A stretch of DNA of 62,055 bases, counting the filler. It is 14 parts of 14 records of this genome, joined end to end, with 100 filler letters (N's around TTAATTAATTAA, not from the genome) between each part and the next. Parts side by side here need not be neighbours in the genome. Positions count along the whole stretch, not along the records: positions 42,499 to 46,841 come from SRR7504441_31895; positions 46,942 to 50,836 come from SRR7504441_32024; positions 50,937 to 54,704 come from SRR7504441_32218; positions 54,805 to 62,055 come from SRR7504441_32354; 10 more parts are not named here. One strand, written 5' to 3'. Below the pieces are notes generated by a model, which saw nothing but the letters and a program-made list of their open reading frames with translations, ran no database searches and had not been told where the DNA came from. Position numbers and translations under genes: made by a program. This document shows, one piece after another, positions 44,626 through 56,307 of the stretch (positions are counted from its first letter, which is position 1; each line of letters begins with the position of its first letter).

Positions 44626-46789
44626 ATGAGCCGGCCAGACATCACCAGAGTTGGGGTCGCTATGCAGCCGAAGGCGGAGGCGGACTCGAAAGCCCCCGAA
44701 GGAGGGGCCGGCGGCGACACCCCCCCGGCTGACCTGGACGCCGCGGTGCGCCTGGACCTCGGCATCGACGACGCGGTGCGACCCAACCCGCTGACAGAGC
44801 TGACGGCGCCCCGGATCGCAACGGGCGGCTTCACCTCAATCAACAACAGCGCGATGATCCGCCGGAGGAGCTCGGTGATGACTACCCACCGCGCAAGGGG
44901 GAGTGAAGCGCCCCGCAAGATCAAGGAACTCTACCAGAAGGTGGCCAGCCGGGGCGCTAGCCGACGGGCCAGCCGGGGGCGGTCAGGCCAAGGACGAGGA
45001 CCGGCTGGAGGACGCGCTGAAGCTCAAGAAGATGATCGTGGAAACGGAGGACGTGCCGCCGGCGATAGAGATCTACAACAGCTCCTTCGGGAACGACCAG
45101 TGGGAGGCCCTGCCGGCCGGCGGGAGCCCGGAGGATGTGGCGCTAGCGGCCGAGATGGCCCAGGCCGAAGAGAAGATCCCGTGGCTGCTTTGGCTCAAGG
45201 TGGTGAAGATCTCGAGCTGGAGCAACTTCATGATCATGGCGCCGCTGGCCGTGCACATGGTAGACCAGGGCTTTGACAGCGGGCTCATCGGAGCCGTGTA
45301 TGCTGTGAACAAGCTGGTGCGGCTGGTGCCGATTGTGCTGCTCGCCCTGTTTCCTGGGATGCCAGAAGTCTGGGAGTTCGTTGTTCTCGCTGTGGGAATG
45401 CTCACGGGAGTTGCGTGTGCGATCTGGCCCACAAGCATCGTCACCATCACTTGCTTTGTTGCCGGTCTGGGCTCCACCTTCAGCAACTGCATGTCGGGCG
45501 AATACATTCAACAGGTCGCCGAAACAAAGCCGCGCCTTGCGGAGAAGCTCTGCTTCGAAGTCACACTTTGGGCGTGCATTGCTGTCGGAGTGGCCATGGT
45601 TAGCTCAACATTGATCTATCAATTTTGTGGTGGCTGGACTACAATTGTTCTTACTGTCACTTCGCTACACGCTGTGCGGGTGATCATTCTAGCGATGATT
45701 GTGTGGCACGAGGCCGGGTCATCCACAGAGAACGAGATCGACCCACAAGATCTACCCACATTCATAGCGAACCCTATGTTTCGCGAGAAAGCCGCGGCAA
45801 GGGCCCAGGAACCGGATGCGGAGAGCCCACCGGCAGAGCACACCGGTCACGCTGCAGGACACGAAGATAGCATACACAGTGGCCAGCATTTCTCGGCTGC
45901 CACGGTGACCAGTGCCCGAAACACCCCCCACCCAGACACGGATGTACCAAGCGAACCGGAGGAAACGCTCTGGAACTCTTCTCCCGGGCTGATGTGGGCG
46001 ACTATGTATGTCAGCGTTGCCAACAACGCTGTGACCAGTGGCGCTGGCTGCGCATTTTCTATATACTGGGTCGAGTACATGAAAATGCCGATCTTGGTCG
46101 TGGGTGCTCTTGAGGGCTGTGGCTACATATTGGGAATTACCCTGCTGCTTACGCTGTCACTCAGCCGCTCAAAGACTCTCATCATAGCGAACGCCGTCGA
46201 GGTCGTCGCGCTGGTTCTCCTGCTCGTCCAGTGGCTGTATGGCAGCCTTTTGGCACACGTGCTGTTCATCGCAGCTGCAGTCACCATCGACATCAAAGCA
46301 CCTCCAGCCTTTCTTCTGCTGGCAAAGCAACATCAAGCAAAAGCTGTCAACATTTCGGAGGCTGCGATTGCGGCAGGTGCAGTAACCTTCAGCTTTCTCG
46401 GTGCATACATGATCTTGATATCTGTTTCGTTGTGCCTGGGCGTCGTTGCTGGTGTCAGTCTCTCGATGATTGCAATTTTCTTCATCTTCATCATCAAGCA
46501 GCGGCGACTCAACACACAACTGATGAGTTTGTGGGCCGTGTTAACTCAATGGATAGCTGTTTCAGATGGTCCGTCCAAGAGGGCTGTTGATGCCTGGTGC
46601 AATCGAGTCAAGCAGTCCAGATTGAAGGAACATGCCTCCAAAAGGGCTGCGTTGATCCGGAAGAGTGTTTTTGACGAGTCGGTGGATGTTCAGCAATATC
46701 CACAAGAGCTGCAACGTCTCGAGCAGCTGCAAGCGTCCTCTAGATCTGGTGCTCGACGGATGTCTGCCGTCGGTATTCCCATGTATTGA
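44626..46789 (+). CDS. MFS-like 12-TM transporter with long N-terminal and central loops, 1 intron (44941-44986)
   Basis: Two blocks of about 6 hydrophobic helices separated by a hydrophilic loop; start at 44626 or 44662. Confidence 0.65.
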
Positions 46790-46841
46790 GAAGTGTGTAC
46801 AATCATGTTACTATCCCTTAGAGCCAGCAGAGAAGTTCTGA

Positions 46842-46941
46842 NNNNNNNNNNNNNNNNNNNNNNNNNNNNNNNNNNNNNNNNNNNNTTAATTAATTAANNN
46901 NNNNNNNNNNNNNNNNNNNNNNNNNNNNNNNNNNNNNNNNN
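46842..46941. other. Artificial contig spacer
   Basis: N44-TTAATTAATTAA-N44. Confidence 0.98.
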
Positions 46942-47104
46942 TATGTGCGCTAAATTGCACAATAAATGAACATCGCTTGTAAAGCTTAATTAAGATAGTA
47001 CACAAGTAATATTTATTTATTGTAGCAAAACCTAAGATAGCACAAGTGAGCAGTTAGCTGATTACGCCATTACGGATTGGCATGCCCACGATTGGCAGTT
47101 ACTA

Positions 47105-48241
47105 TTATTTACGAGTACTTATCGGATCCGGCCGCAGGTTGCCCGGATTGACCTCCCACCAGTGCCGGGCGATACTACTCCGTGTGGTGACCCACACGTC
47201 ATCTCCAAAGCTCTTGGCGTAATCTAGCAGCGCTCCAATCTTGTGCGCGTACTTGGGTGAGCCCACCAGCCGCATGTGCAGCCCGACCGTCATCATCTTG
47301 GGCGAGCCGTCCTCGCCCTCCTCGACCAGCAGGTCGATCGCGTCTTTCATCGACTCGTAAAAGTGCATCCCAGTGCCCAGATTCCCGTAAGCCAGGTGCA
47401 CGTCGTTGTTCTGGATCGAGTAAGGCACCACCAGGTGCGGCTGGCCATCCACCACAGTCCAGTACGGCAGGTCGTCGTTGTACGCGTCCGAGTCGTAACG
47501 GAAGCCTTGCTCGACCAGCAGCCGCCGCGAGTTGACCGACGGCGCGTACCGGCCATACCATCCGAGGTAGTCTGTGCTCTCCACACCGACCGACTTCCGG
47601 AGTGACTCGACCGCCAGCCGGATGTGCTCTCGCTCCTCCTCCTCCGGCAGATTGTCCTGCCGCCACCAGCGCCAGCCGTGGCAGCACACGTCCACTCGCG
47701 GGCTGTGGCTCCGAATGTACTCGGCCGCCGGCTCGTTCCGCTCGAGAGCCAGCGCGCAGGCGTAGATGGTGCAGGGGAGCTCCCGCTTCTCAAACATGCG
47801 CATCAGCCGCCAGAAGCCCACCCGCGAGCCGTACTCGAACAGCGACTCGGCGCCCATGTTCCGCACCCCGGGCCCGAAGTCGCGCGCCCCGTCGGTGAGC
47901 ACAGTCTCGGTGATGTCGTCCCCGTGGAACAGCGAGGCCTCGCTGCCCTCCTCGAAGTTGATCACGAAATTGAGCGCCAGCTTGGCTTTATTCGGCCACT
48001 TCGGGTCGGGCCAGTTCCCGGCGTACCCGATCAAGTCACGCGCCGCCCCCGGGATCGCCTCCTGCGCCGGCGGGTCGAGCGCAGCGAACCCGTTGCCGCC
48101 TGCGCCGGTGCGCACGGGCACGGCAGCCCCGTTCCCGGTTGTGTGCACGACCCACCGCTGGGCGGCGGGCTGGCTCAGAATGCGGGGTTGTGTGCGTTCG
48201 CACCACCGCTGGGCGGCGGACCGGGCGTGGCGGGCGAGCAT
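47105..48241 (-). CDS. PuuE-like allantoinase / polysaccharide deacetylase family protein with presequence-like N-terminus, intronless
   Basis: WPNKAKLALNFVINFEEG, ESLFEYGSRVGFWRL, CHGWRW, YDSDAYNDDLPYW, MMTVGLHMRLVG. Confidence 0.85.
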   Translation of the reverse strand: MLARHARSAAQRWCERTQPRILSQPAAQRWVVHTTGNGAAVPVRTGAGGNGFAALDPPAQEAIPGAARDLIGYAGNWPDPKWPNKAKLALNFVINFEEGSEASLFHGDDITETVLTDGARDFGPGVRNMGAESLFEYGSRVGFWRLMRMFEKRELPCTIYACALALERNEPAAEYIRSHSPRVDVCCHGWRWWRQDNLPEEEEREHIRLAVESLRKSVGVESTDYLGWYGRYAPSVNSRRLLVEQGFRYDSDAYNDDLPYWTVVDGQPHLVVPYSIQNNDVHLAYGNLGTGMHFYESMKDAIDLLVEEGEDGSPKMMTVGLHMRLVGSPKYAHKIGALLDYAKSFGDDVWVTTRSSIARHWWEVNPGNLRPDPISTRK

Positions 48242-48407
48242 TGTGCGAGCTTTCGCTTGCCGCACCAAGGGCCGTTACACGAAAGCCGTTATCATCATGG
48301 CCACTGAGGTTGGGTTGGGCCACGACTGGTGAGCGGGGGCTGGAGGCACCGCGGTTGTTGTAGCAGCTTGCCTGCGCCTGGGGGCAGCAGATAGCGGCGG
48401 CGCGCCG

Positions 48408-50761
48408 ATGTTGAGAGCCAAGCCGCTCCCGCCGCCCAAGTCCGGTGGCGGGGGCCAGCACTCGGCATCGGCCTCCCCTACCCCGTGGGTGGACGCGGCC
48501 TTTGACCAGATGGACACCAACCGGGACGGGGTGATCGACCGCCAGGAGTTCATACGGGGCCAGAACCTGCTGCGCCCAGCCCCGTCAGGCTCGCGCACCC
48601 CAAACTGGCTCAGCCCCGGCCAGCGGCCCGCCGCCCGATCGGCCGCTGCTGAGCCGAGGCAGCCCGCGAGCAACGGGGTGCGCAGCGGCCGGTCGAACCC
48701 CCAGCGCAGCCGCCCCGCCGCAGTGAGCGACAGCCGGCCAGCGCACAGGACCCCGCCGCCGAGCGAGTCGCCGCAGCGAGGACCGGAGCAGTTTGGGACC
48801 CGGAGCCTGCCAACGCCCGAGCAGAAGCAGACCAGTCCGGGCGAAGTGAACTGGGAGACGTTCAGCTGGAGGAGCGCCCAGGCGTACATGGAGCAGCTGC
48901 AGGAGAGCGCAGCCCAGAAGATTTCGAGCAACAGGCTCGAGCTCGAGGACTGTGTGCAGAGGCTTGCAGAGACCACGCTCGAGAATGAATCTCTCCGGAA
49001 GAAAGCAGCTCAGCTGCAGGGGGAGATGGAGCAGCTGGAGGCGGCGGGGCTGGCGTCTGAGCTGGCCAAGTCGGAGGTGGAGCACCAGAACGCTCGGCTG
49101 AAGAGCCAGGTAGAGGAGCTGCACGGCCAGTACGCTCGGCTGAACCAAAAGTTCCGGGCACAAGTAAAGGAGCAGATCAGCCCAGTCCGGGACCAGGAGC
49201 ACGACAAGGAGCTGGCCCAGGCCAACAGCAGGCACCGGGCCGAGCGGGAGCGGCTGGAGCAGCAGATCGTGCAGTTGAGCGAGAGTCTGGCTCGGTCAGG
49301 CAACAGCGGCCCCCCAGCAGACAGGCCGGCCGGCGAGCTGGACCAGGTGCGCGCCAGGCTGGCCGACGCGCAGGATGATCTGAAGAGGACGCGAGATGAG
49401 CTGGATAGGGTGCGGCCTCTGCTGGACAGCGCGCACGCCGAGCTGCTGCACCAGCGGGACGGGGAGAAGAGACTTGAGCACGAGCTCGAGCGGGGCAGGG
49501 ACCAGCTGGCGGCGGCCAGGGCGCAGCTGCAGGAGCGGCCTGCGGTGGACAGCGAGCACCAGCAAGCATTAGGTGAGTTGGAGGAGCAGCTGGATGCCGC
49601 CAAGCGGGTAGAGGCCAAGCTGAGAGAGACGCTAAATAGGCAGCAGCAAACGCTAGACGAGCACAATGAGGAGTTAGCGTATGCTAGGACCCAGCTGGCC
49701 GGGACCAGGCAGCAGCTGCGAGAGCAGCAGGGGGTGGTGGACAATCAGCAAATAGCGGGTGAGCTGCAGGCCGAGCTGGAGGGTGCTAAGACCAAAGAGA
49801 CCGAGCTGAAGGCAAAGATCAACGAGGCCCAGCAGCAGCTCAAGTATGCCAATACGCTGATGCAGGTTTCGGCCCGCAAATTTAAAGAGCAGACTGACGC
49901 AGCGGCCGAGACGCACAGCAATGAGGTTCATCAATTGAGGGAGCAGCTCGCCGAGTGCAAGAGCCGTTTGGCAGCTGCAGAGGAGGAGCTCAAGGTATTG
50001 GGAAAGGACCCTGATAGCGACTCTGGACTTGGGACCGTGATTTCCAAGCTGATGGCAGATAGGGAAATCCTTAAAAAGGAGCTGGCTGCTGTCAAGTTGG
50101 AGAAGGAAGAATGCCAGGGGCGGCTTGCGAATGGAGATAACAGTGAAGCTGGGACAGCAGAGAAGGTGGCACTGGAGGCAACAGTGGCCAACTGTCTGGA
50201 GGGCGTGGTAGCTCCCGCCTTGTCGCAGCTCTCTCGCAAGGTGCAGCGCTTTGTACAAAGCGGCATGCCTGCCGCGGACCAGAATGGTAAGTACGAGGCC
50301 CTCATAACTAAGCAGAGCGAGGAACTGGAGTTCCAGAAGGCAAAGCTCAAGAACAAATCTTCCGAGCTGGCAACTGTAAAGCAAGTTATGGAGTCAAGAA
50401 TTCTGAAACAGTCGGATGAGCTGCAAGACATGCGTGCAATGCTCAAGGAAGCCCGGGAGAGGTTGGCCCAGTCTGAGCGGGGTCGAGACGAGGAGATTGT
50501 GAAAGCTCAGCGTGACATGTCAAAGCGGATGAAAGAGGTGCTCAGGCAGGAAGGTGAGAAGCACAAGCAACAACTGAACCAGCTGCAACGGGAGTTGAAC
50601 GAGCTCCGAGGTGGACAAGACGCAGTTGGAGAGGAGAGGGCAGCTCTTGCAAAAGTTGTCTTTCCTCACCCCTAACATCACTCACTCTTTTTGGACAGGT
50701 GACCGAGGACTTAAGAAGAGCACACATGGAAAATCAGAGGGCGCATGCTAAGGGTCTCTAA
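48408..50761 (+). CDS. EF-hand plus very long coiled-coil protein, one intron near the 3' end
   Basis: FDQMDTNRDGVIDRQEF followed by about 550 aa of heptads; last exon VTEDLRRAHMENQRAHAKGL*. Confidence 0.75.
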
Positions 50762-50836
50762 TTCTGTAATACACCGTACACACCGACTACACTACTCTCG
50801 CACTTCTTTAAATCGTTGATCAGTTGTAGCGAGGGC

Positions 50837-50936
50837 NNNNNNNNNNNNNNNNNNNNNNNNNNNNNNNNNNNNNNNNNNNNTTAATTAATTAANNNNNNNN
50901 NNNNNNNNNNNNNNNNNNNNNNNNNNNNNNNNNNNN
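50837..50936. other. Artificial contig spacer
   Basis: N44-TTAATTAATTAA-N44. Confidence 0.98.
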
Positions 50937-51092
50937 ATTTCCAGATTGTGCTTTATTAGGTGACTACAAATTCACTACTAATGATCATTTTCGGCAGCAT
51001 TAGCAATAGGTGCTAGTGTTAGACTGGCTGGAACCGAATTGTCAAGCAGCTATAAGGCAGCTCACTGTACGCATGCAGCTATCCAGAGCGCT

Positions 51093-54000
51093 TTAGTGCT
51101 TGTTCACTGGTGGGTTGTGTTGGAACCGCGGATAAGGCCCATCAAACTTCGGGAAAGGTTCTAGGATATCCTGGGGCGCGCTCTCGCCTGTCACACACGG
51201 CTCATTCATGCTCTGCGCCTGGAGCAGACACCTGGGGTTCGGCCTCGGTATACATTGAATTCAGTCTGACGGGGCACCATCTCGATGCAACCGTTGACCG
51301 GGCACACGCCAGCGCACAGAGCGCAGCCGGTGCACATGTCGGTTATCTCAGGAAGGTGGGTTTCCTTTTCAAACTTGATGGCCTGGTAGCCGGTGTCGTT
51401 GCACGCAAGCATACACCGACCGCAATTGATACACATGTCGTCGTTCACTTGGGCCACCACTTGCTGCTTGAAGTCCAGCTCCATGTGAGGCGCCAGGTAG
51501 CTCAGTGAATCGCCCTTGAGCTGCCCAAGCGTCGGCACCTTGCTCATGTCCACAGAGATAGGCTTCTCAGCCTCTAGCGGTGCCCCCCAGTCATATTCAG
51601 ACCCGGCAGCGCTCATTGCGTCCACCCGTTCGCTGCTATAGGTGCCAAACCGAGGGTGAGTTGCTGCGATCGGGTTGTTGCTCCTTGCATATGGCGGGTT
51701 CTGACCCACCCATCCTGCCATTCGCTCAGCCGCAGCCCAGCCACTGGCAGGCACCCTGCTCATGCAGGTCCGGCCTCTGCCCCAGGTAGAGCAGCGCCTT
51801 GAGCCCGGTGATGTAGTCCTCCACAATGCTCAGGTCCTGGTTCTGTATAGCTGACGAGATCTGGACCACATCAGCACCCATTCGGATAAAATTGAGGGTC
51901 GACTCAGCCGAATCCACCTGCCAAACCCCCTCAGCCACCAGGCCGCAGTGGGTGGCACCCCGCCGGTGGCCAGGATGGGGAAGTCTGGCAGTTCCCTGGC
52001 GATCTCAGACACAGCCCGGAGCGCCATCGGACGGACCATGGTCCCCGAGGCACCGCCTGGGCAGGTCTTCTGGGCCTCGCCCACCACAGGCCAAGGCCTG
52101 CCGTCGGCGCGCGGGTCCTGCATGGATGCGACAGTGTTGATGGCACACACTCCAGCAGCGCCTCCGTCACGGGCGGCCCGAGCGATCAACCGGATGTTGG
52201 TCACGTTCGGAGTCATCTTCGGGAAGACCGGGATGTCTGGCACCGCCTCGACCACCCAGCGGGTGATGTCCTCAACCATCTCCGGCACCTCGCCGCACGC
52301 GAGCCCCATCCCGCGCTCGCCCATTCCGTGCGGACACGACAGGTTGAGCTCAATCATGTCACAGCCCGACTCAGCAGTCATGCGGGCGAGCTCCTGCCAG
52401 TCAGCCTTGTTGTACCTGCCAGACCATTCAGCAGGCTCGAGCTGGGCCACTGCACCCGGCCATGATCGAAGAGATCACCACATGCTCCGGGTGCTTCTCC
52501 TTGAGCCACTTGACCCCGTCGCACCAGTACTCGGCCGTCTTCTCCGAGATGAGCTCGATGTTGGTGAAGCCAGACATGTTTGTCCCGATCCGGTGTCCAG
52601 TCGGGATGATCCGCGGGGACACATTGGTGATCAAGTCGTGGTCGAGCGAGTAGGTCTTGGTCACTGCAAATCCCCAGCCGTACTGGAACCCTCGGTCGAT
52701 CATCTCGAGTGAGGTGCACGGTGGCGCTGAAGCGAGCCCAAACGGGTTGGGAAATCGGACTCCGGCCACCGTGGTGGAGATGTCCACGTCGTCGATCTCG
52801 GTCCGGAAGTTGGGCATGAACGGCCGGTCGTTCTCGACGTTCTTCTCGCCACACAGGAAGTCGTGGATATACTTGGCAGCGCTCTTGCCGTCGTTGGAGG
52901 CCTCAACCGCCATCCCAGTGATCCCATTGATGTCACCGCCTGCAAACACCCAAGGCACAGAGGTCTGGCCTGCACGAGCGGTCAGCCGCCCGCCAGCAGC
53001 ACGCGGTCGCCTGTGACTGGATCGACCGCCACTGAGCCCCACTCGTTCAGCGCCAGCTGTGGCATCGCTGCCGCCTGCTCCTCGCCTGCACCCGGGCTCA
53101 GCCGTGGCAGCCCGGCGGGGGACCTTGCTCACACCCGAAGGCGGTGATCACGTGGTCGCACTCGAGCTTTATGGTCTCGGCCTTGGAGTAGCTCAGGTCC
53201 TTGTTCTGCTGGTACCGAGTCATGTCCATCCCCTCCAGCTTGCCATCCGCACTCATGTGCAGCTTGGCCGGCTCAGAGTAGGGCAGGAAGTCGCAGCAGT
53301 CGTCCCGGGCCCACTGCATCACCTCCTCCACCGCCCGGGCGTCGTTAAATCCCTTCCGGAACACCACGGACACCCTGTCGGCCCCACATCTGAACGCGGA
53401 GGTCGCGCAGTCGATGGCCACGTCGCCCACCCCAAGCACCACCACGTGTCCGGACAGCTTGGGCAGCTCGCTGCGCTGGGGAGTGCCCTTGGATCCGTGC
53501 GCCACCTGGAGCAGATAGCTCTTCGAGTCCCACACATGGTTTGTGCTGTCAAACCCCTCGAACGGCTTCGCAATCTTAGGTTTGTTCAGCCCGATCCCGA
53601 GGAACACCTGCCGCCGGCGCTGGCGGCCAGCACCCGCGGCCGGTCCCACCGTCTCGTACCCGTCCGCCTTGAGCGACTCGAGTGTCACATCCTTTCCGAA
53701 CTCGCTCCCAAAATGGAACTGCCCCGCTGTCAGCGCTTCCCTGCACAGCCGGCACCTGGGCGCCCATCGATCTGAGCAGCTCCACCTCCTGCTGCACGTC
53801 GGCAAACGGCAGCCGGTACCTGGCCCTGGGTCGGACCGCGGCGCCGGGGGGGGGGGGCGCACTGTGGCAGGTCGAGGCCGTTTATTCCGCCACCAGATGA
53901 CTCTTTCTCATAAATGTGGACGTTTGTGTACCCGAGCCGGCACAGGAAGGTGGCGCAGCTGATCGACGCCGGGCCTGCCCGCACGAGGCTCACCGCCTGC

Positions 54001-54666
54001 GCTCAGCCGGCGCGGACCTGCACCAATCAGCGCCACAGGCCAGTCGACTGGAGAGAGGCTGCCGAGCAGAGCTGAGCGGGCAGCCGAGCAGGGGGGGCAC
54101 CTGGGGTCGCGGGTGGGCTGCACTTTCATCTGCATGAAGGTGCGGGTGGCGTACTCTTGCAGCTGGCCGATCTTGATTGCGCCCTCCTCCGAGGCGTGCA
54201 GGTTGCACGAGCCGGCACAGAGCTCCGTGGTCGGGCACACCGCGCCGGTGGACAGCCCGATAGGGTTCTCGGACAGGATCTGCTTGGCAGCCCCGTAGAA
54301 GTTTTTGGTCGAGATGCACTGTATGAACGATTTGATGTCGATGTTCGTCGGACAGGCCTTCACGCACGGCGCGTCGGCGCACTTGAGGCAGCGCTGGGCC
54401 TCGGAGACCGCCGCCCGGTGGTCCAGCTGCGGCCTGTTGTTGGTGAAATCGTTCCTCCGCCGGTTGCCCCTGACGGAGCCCATCCGCTTGTAGGTGGTCC
54501 GGTCAATCTGCTTCTGGCTGGTCGGGATCACTGTGGCCTCCCGCCGGATCACTGGGTGCAGCTCAAACGGATTGAAGTCGCGCGGCTTGTCGAACGCGTT
54601 CGGGGCCACCTTGGTGGACTTGCCCCTCACCAGGCGCGGCGCCCTGCGCACGCTCTGGGCCAGCAT
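51093..54666 (-). CDS. DPYD: Dihydropyrimidine dehydrogenase (NADP+), full-length single-chain type, about 12 introns
   Basis: [88 protein letters not shown] and CTGCALC ferredoxin motifs. Confidence 0.96.
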
Positions 54667-54704
54667 CCTTTCCCTCTGGTCGCGGAGGAACGCAGGTCTG
54701 GATT

Positions 54705-54804
54705 NNNNNNNNNNNNNNNNNNNNNNNNNNNNNNNNNNNNNNNNNNNNTTAATTAATTAANNNNNNNNNNNNNNNNNNNNNNNNNNNNNNNNNNNNNNNN
54801 NNNN
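54705..54804. other. Artificial contig spacer
   Basis: N44-TTAATTAATTAA-N44. Confidence 0.98.
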
Positions 54805-55071
54805 CGCCCCGTCCACCACCCCCTGGCTCTCCCAGGACGCGTGGTTCTCCAGCCGCAGCTGGCCGAGCCAGACATCGGCAACTGACTGTCTCGGTCCAAG
54901 CCCCAGCTCGCGCTCCAGCGACGGCACCACCGGCTCACAGGGCCGCACTGACACGGTGCAGAGTGGCCCGTCCTCCTGCTGGACCTGCAGCCCGATCGGC
55001 GGGACTCTGGATAGCCGCTCTTGATGGGCCCGCTCCAAAACGTCCTCGGGGCTCGAACATACTCCTCCCAT
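54805..55071 (-). CDS. N-terminal fragment: dual-acylation motif (MGGVCS) plus possible ubiquitin-like domain
   Basis: MGxxCS start; LGQLRLENHASWESQGVVDGA resembles a UBL C-terminal half. Confidence 0.45.
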
Positions 55072-55167
55072 GGTTGTTGGTGTTGTCGCGTGGAGGCAAC
55101 TCTCGACTTCCGTTGAGACGCCGCAACGGACGACGAGACGAGCGCAAGCAGCAGTCTACAGTCGGAG
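55072..55167. promoter_or_regulatory. 96-bp bidirectional promoter with inverted CCGTTG (55110-55115) and CAACGG (55124-55129)
   Basis: Between ATGs at 55071(-) and 55168(+). Confidence 0.6.
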
Positions 55168-55455
55168 ATGGTGCTGAGCCCGGCGCGGCGGGTGGGCTGA
55201 CGGGACGGGGTTTCAGGGCAAGGTTCACGGTTCGCTAGCACGTGCAGGCAAGGTGCGTGGTCAGACCCCGCATCAGGACAAGAAGGAGGACAAGAAAAAG
55301 CAGCCCCGCGGCCGCGCCAAGAAGAGGCTGCAGTACAACAGGTGCCCGCGCGCAGCTGCCCCCCAAGGATTTGATCGCGGCGTGCCCACAGGCGGTTCGT
55401 GAACGTCCAGTCTGGGTTCGGCAAGAAGAAGGGACCCAACAGCAACTCTGTGTAA
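55168..55455 (+). CDS. RPS30: 40S ribosomal protein eS30, not FUBI-fused, 2 introns; missed by ORF track
   Basis: ATG | intron 55171-55216 | [18 protein letters not shown]...[30 protein letters not shown]. Confidence 0.95.
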
Positions 55456-56307
55456 ACTCAATACCTAGGATGTCTTCTGTCTAGGACAGGACGAGCCTTG
55501 TGTACCTCTGCATAAATTCCATCATCTCCAACCATCCCCCGGCGCGCTGCATGCTGCGCCGCCTCCGCCCTCCTCCCACCCCCCCACCCCTCCTCGGGGG
55601 CGGCCACTTCGGCGTCGAGGCGGCGTCGGGCCTCGGACAGGGCTCGAGTGCCGCGCTCACACGGTCGGTGGTACGCAGGGGTCAGGCATTCGCGGGCCCG
55701 GGCGCGCTCGAGGTGAGCGTCGTGAGCGGTCGACAGACTAGGGGCGGGTCGACAAACGTCGTGCAGTGCGGCAGAACCACAAGCCGTGCAGTGCGACACG
55801 GTGTGGGCGACAAAGTGGCAGCTTGTGCTGTCCGCCAGCCACACCCGCTGCAGCCGCTCGGTCACCGCATTTGTGTCCTCTGTCGTGTGTCGCAGAGATT
55901 GCTTCCAGGCTGATTCCGGATTTCGTTGTGGGGTAATGCTGCCGTTTCGTTTCAGATCCTTCACATGATCACTCGTAGGAAAGTTATCCGTAAGAGTCAA
56001 TCGCAAGGCGGTGCCGCTTGTACCGTCAAATTGCTCGGGACGCCGCGGTTTATTGCGAGCTCGAGCGATGTGCGCGTCGGAATGGTGAAGTCATCATATT
56101 GCCCTGGTTAGTCTCGTTCGCTCGCTTCACTAGTGCTCATTAATTTTCAACACGTGTACGTACGTACATACTTTGATTTGTGCTTGAAGTTTAAATAGTC
56201 ACAAATTTGGTTAATCATTTCGCAGAACAAGTTACAAGGCGCATTAGAACTTGAGGCGCCGGTGTATACTTGACCTCGCCACGCGGGAGATGCATCGATC
56301 GAGCAAA

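Noticed and set aside
47105-54666. PuuE-like and DPD genes as a nucleobase catabolism gene cluster
   Set aside because: They are on different contigs separated by a linker, so adjacency is not evidence
4761-54804. Regularly recurring TTAATTAATTAA flanked by Ns as a biological repeat or CRISPR-like array
   Set aside because: Identical 100-bp concatenation linker with stops in all six frames; an artefact
55458-56006. 182-aa minus-strand ORF ending 2 bp from the RPS30 stop
   Set aside because: No ATG start, no recognisable domain, atypical composition; likely spurious
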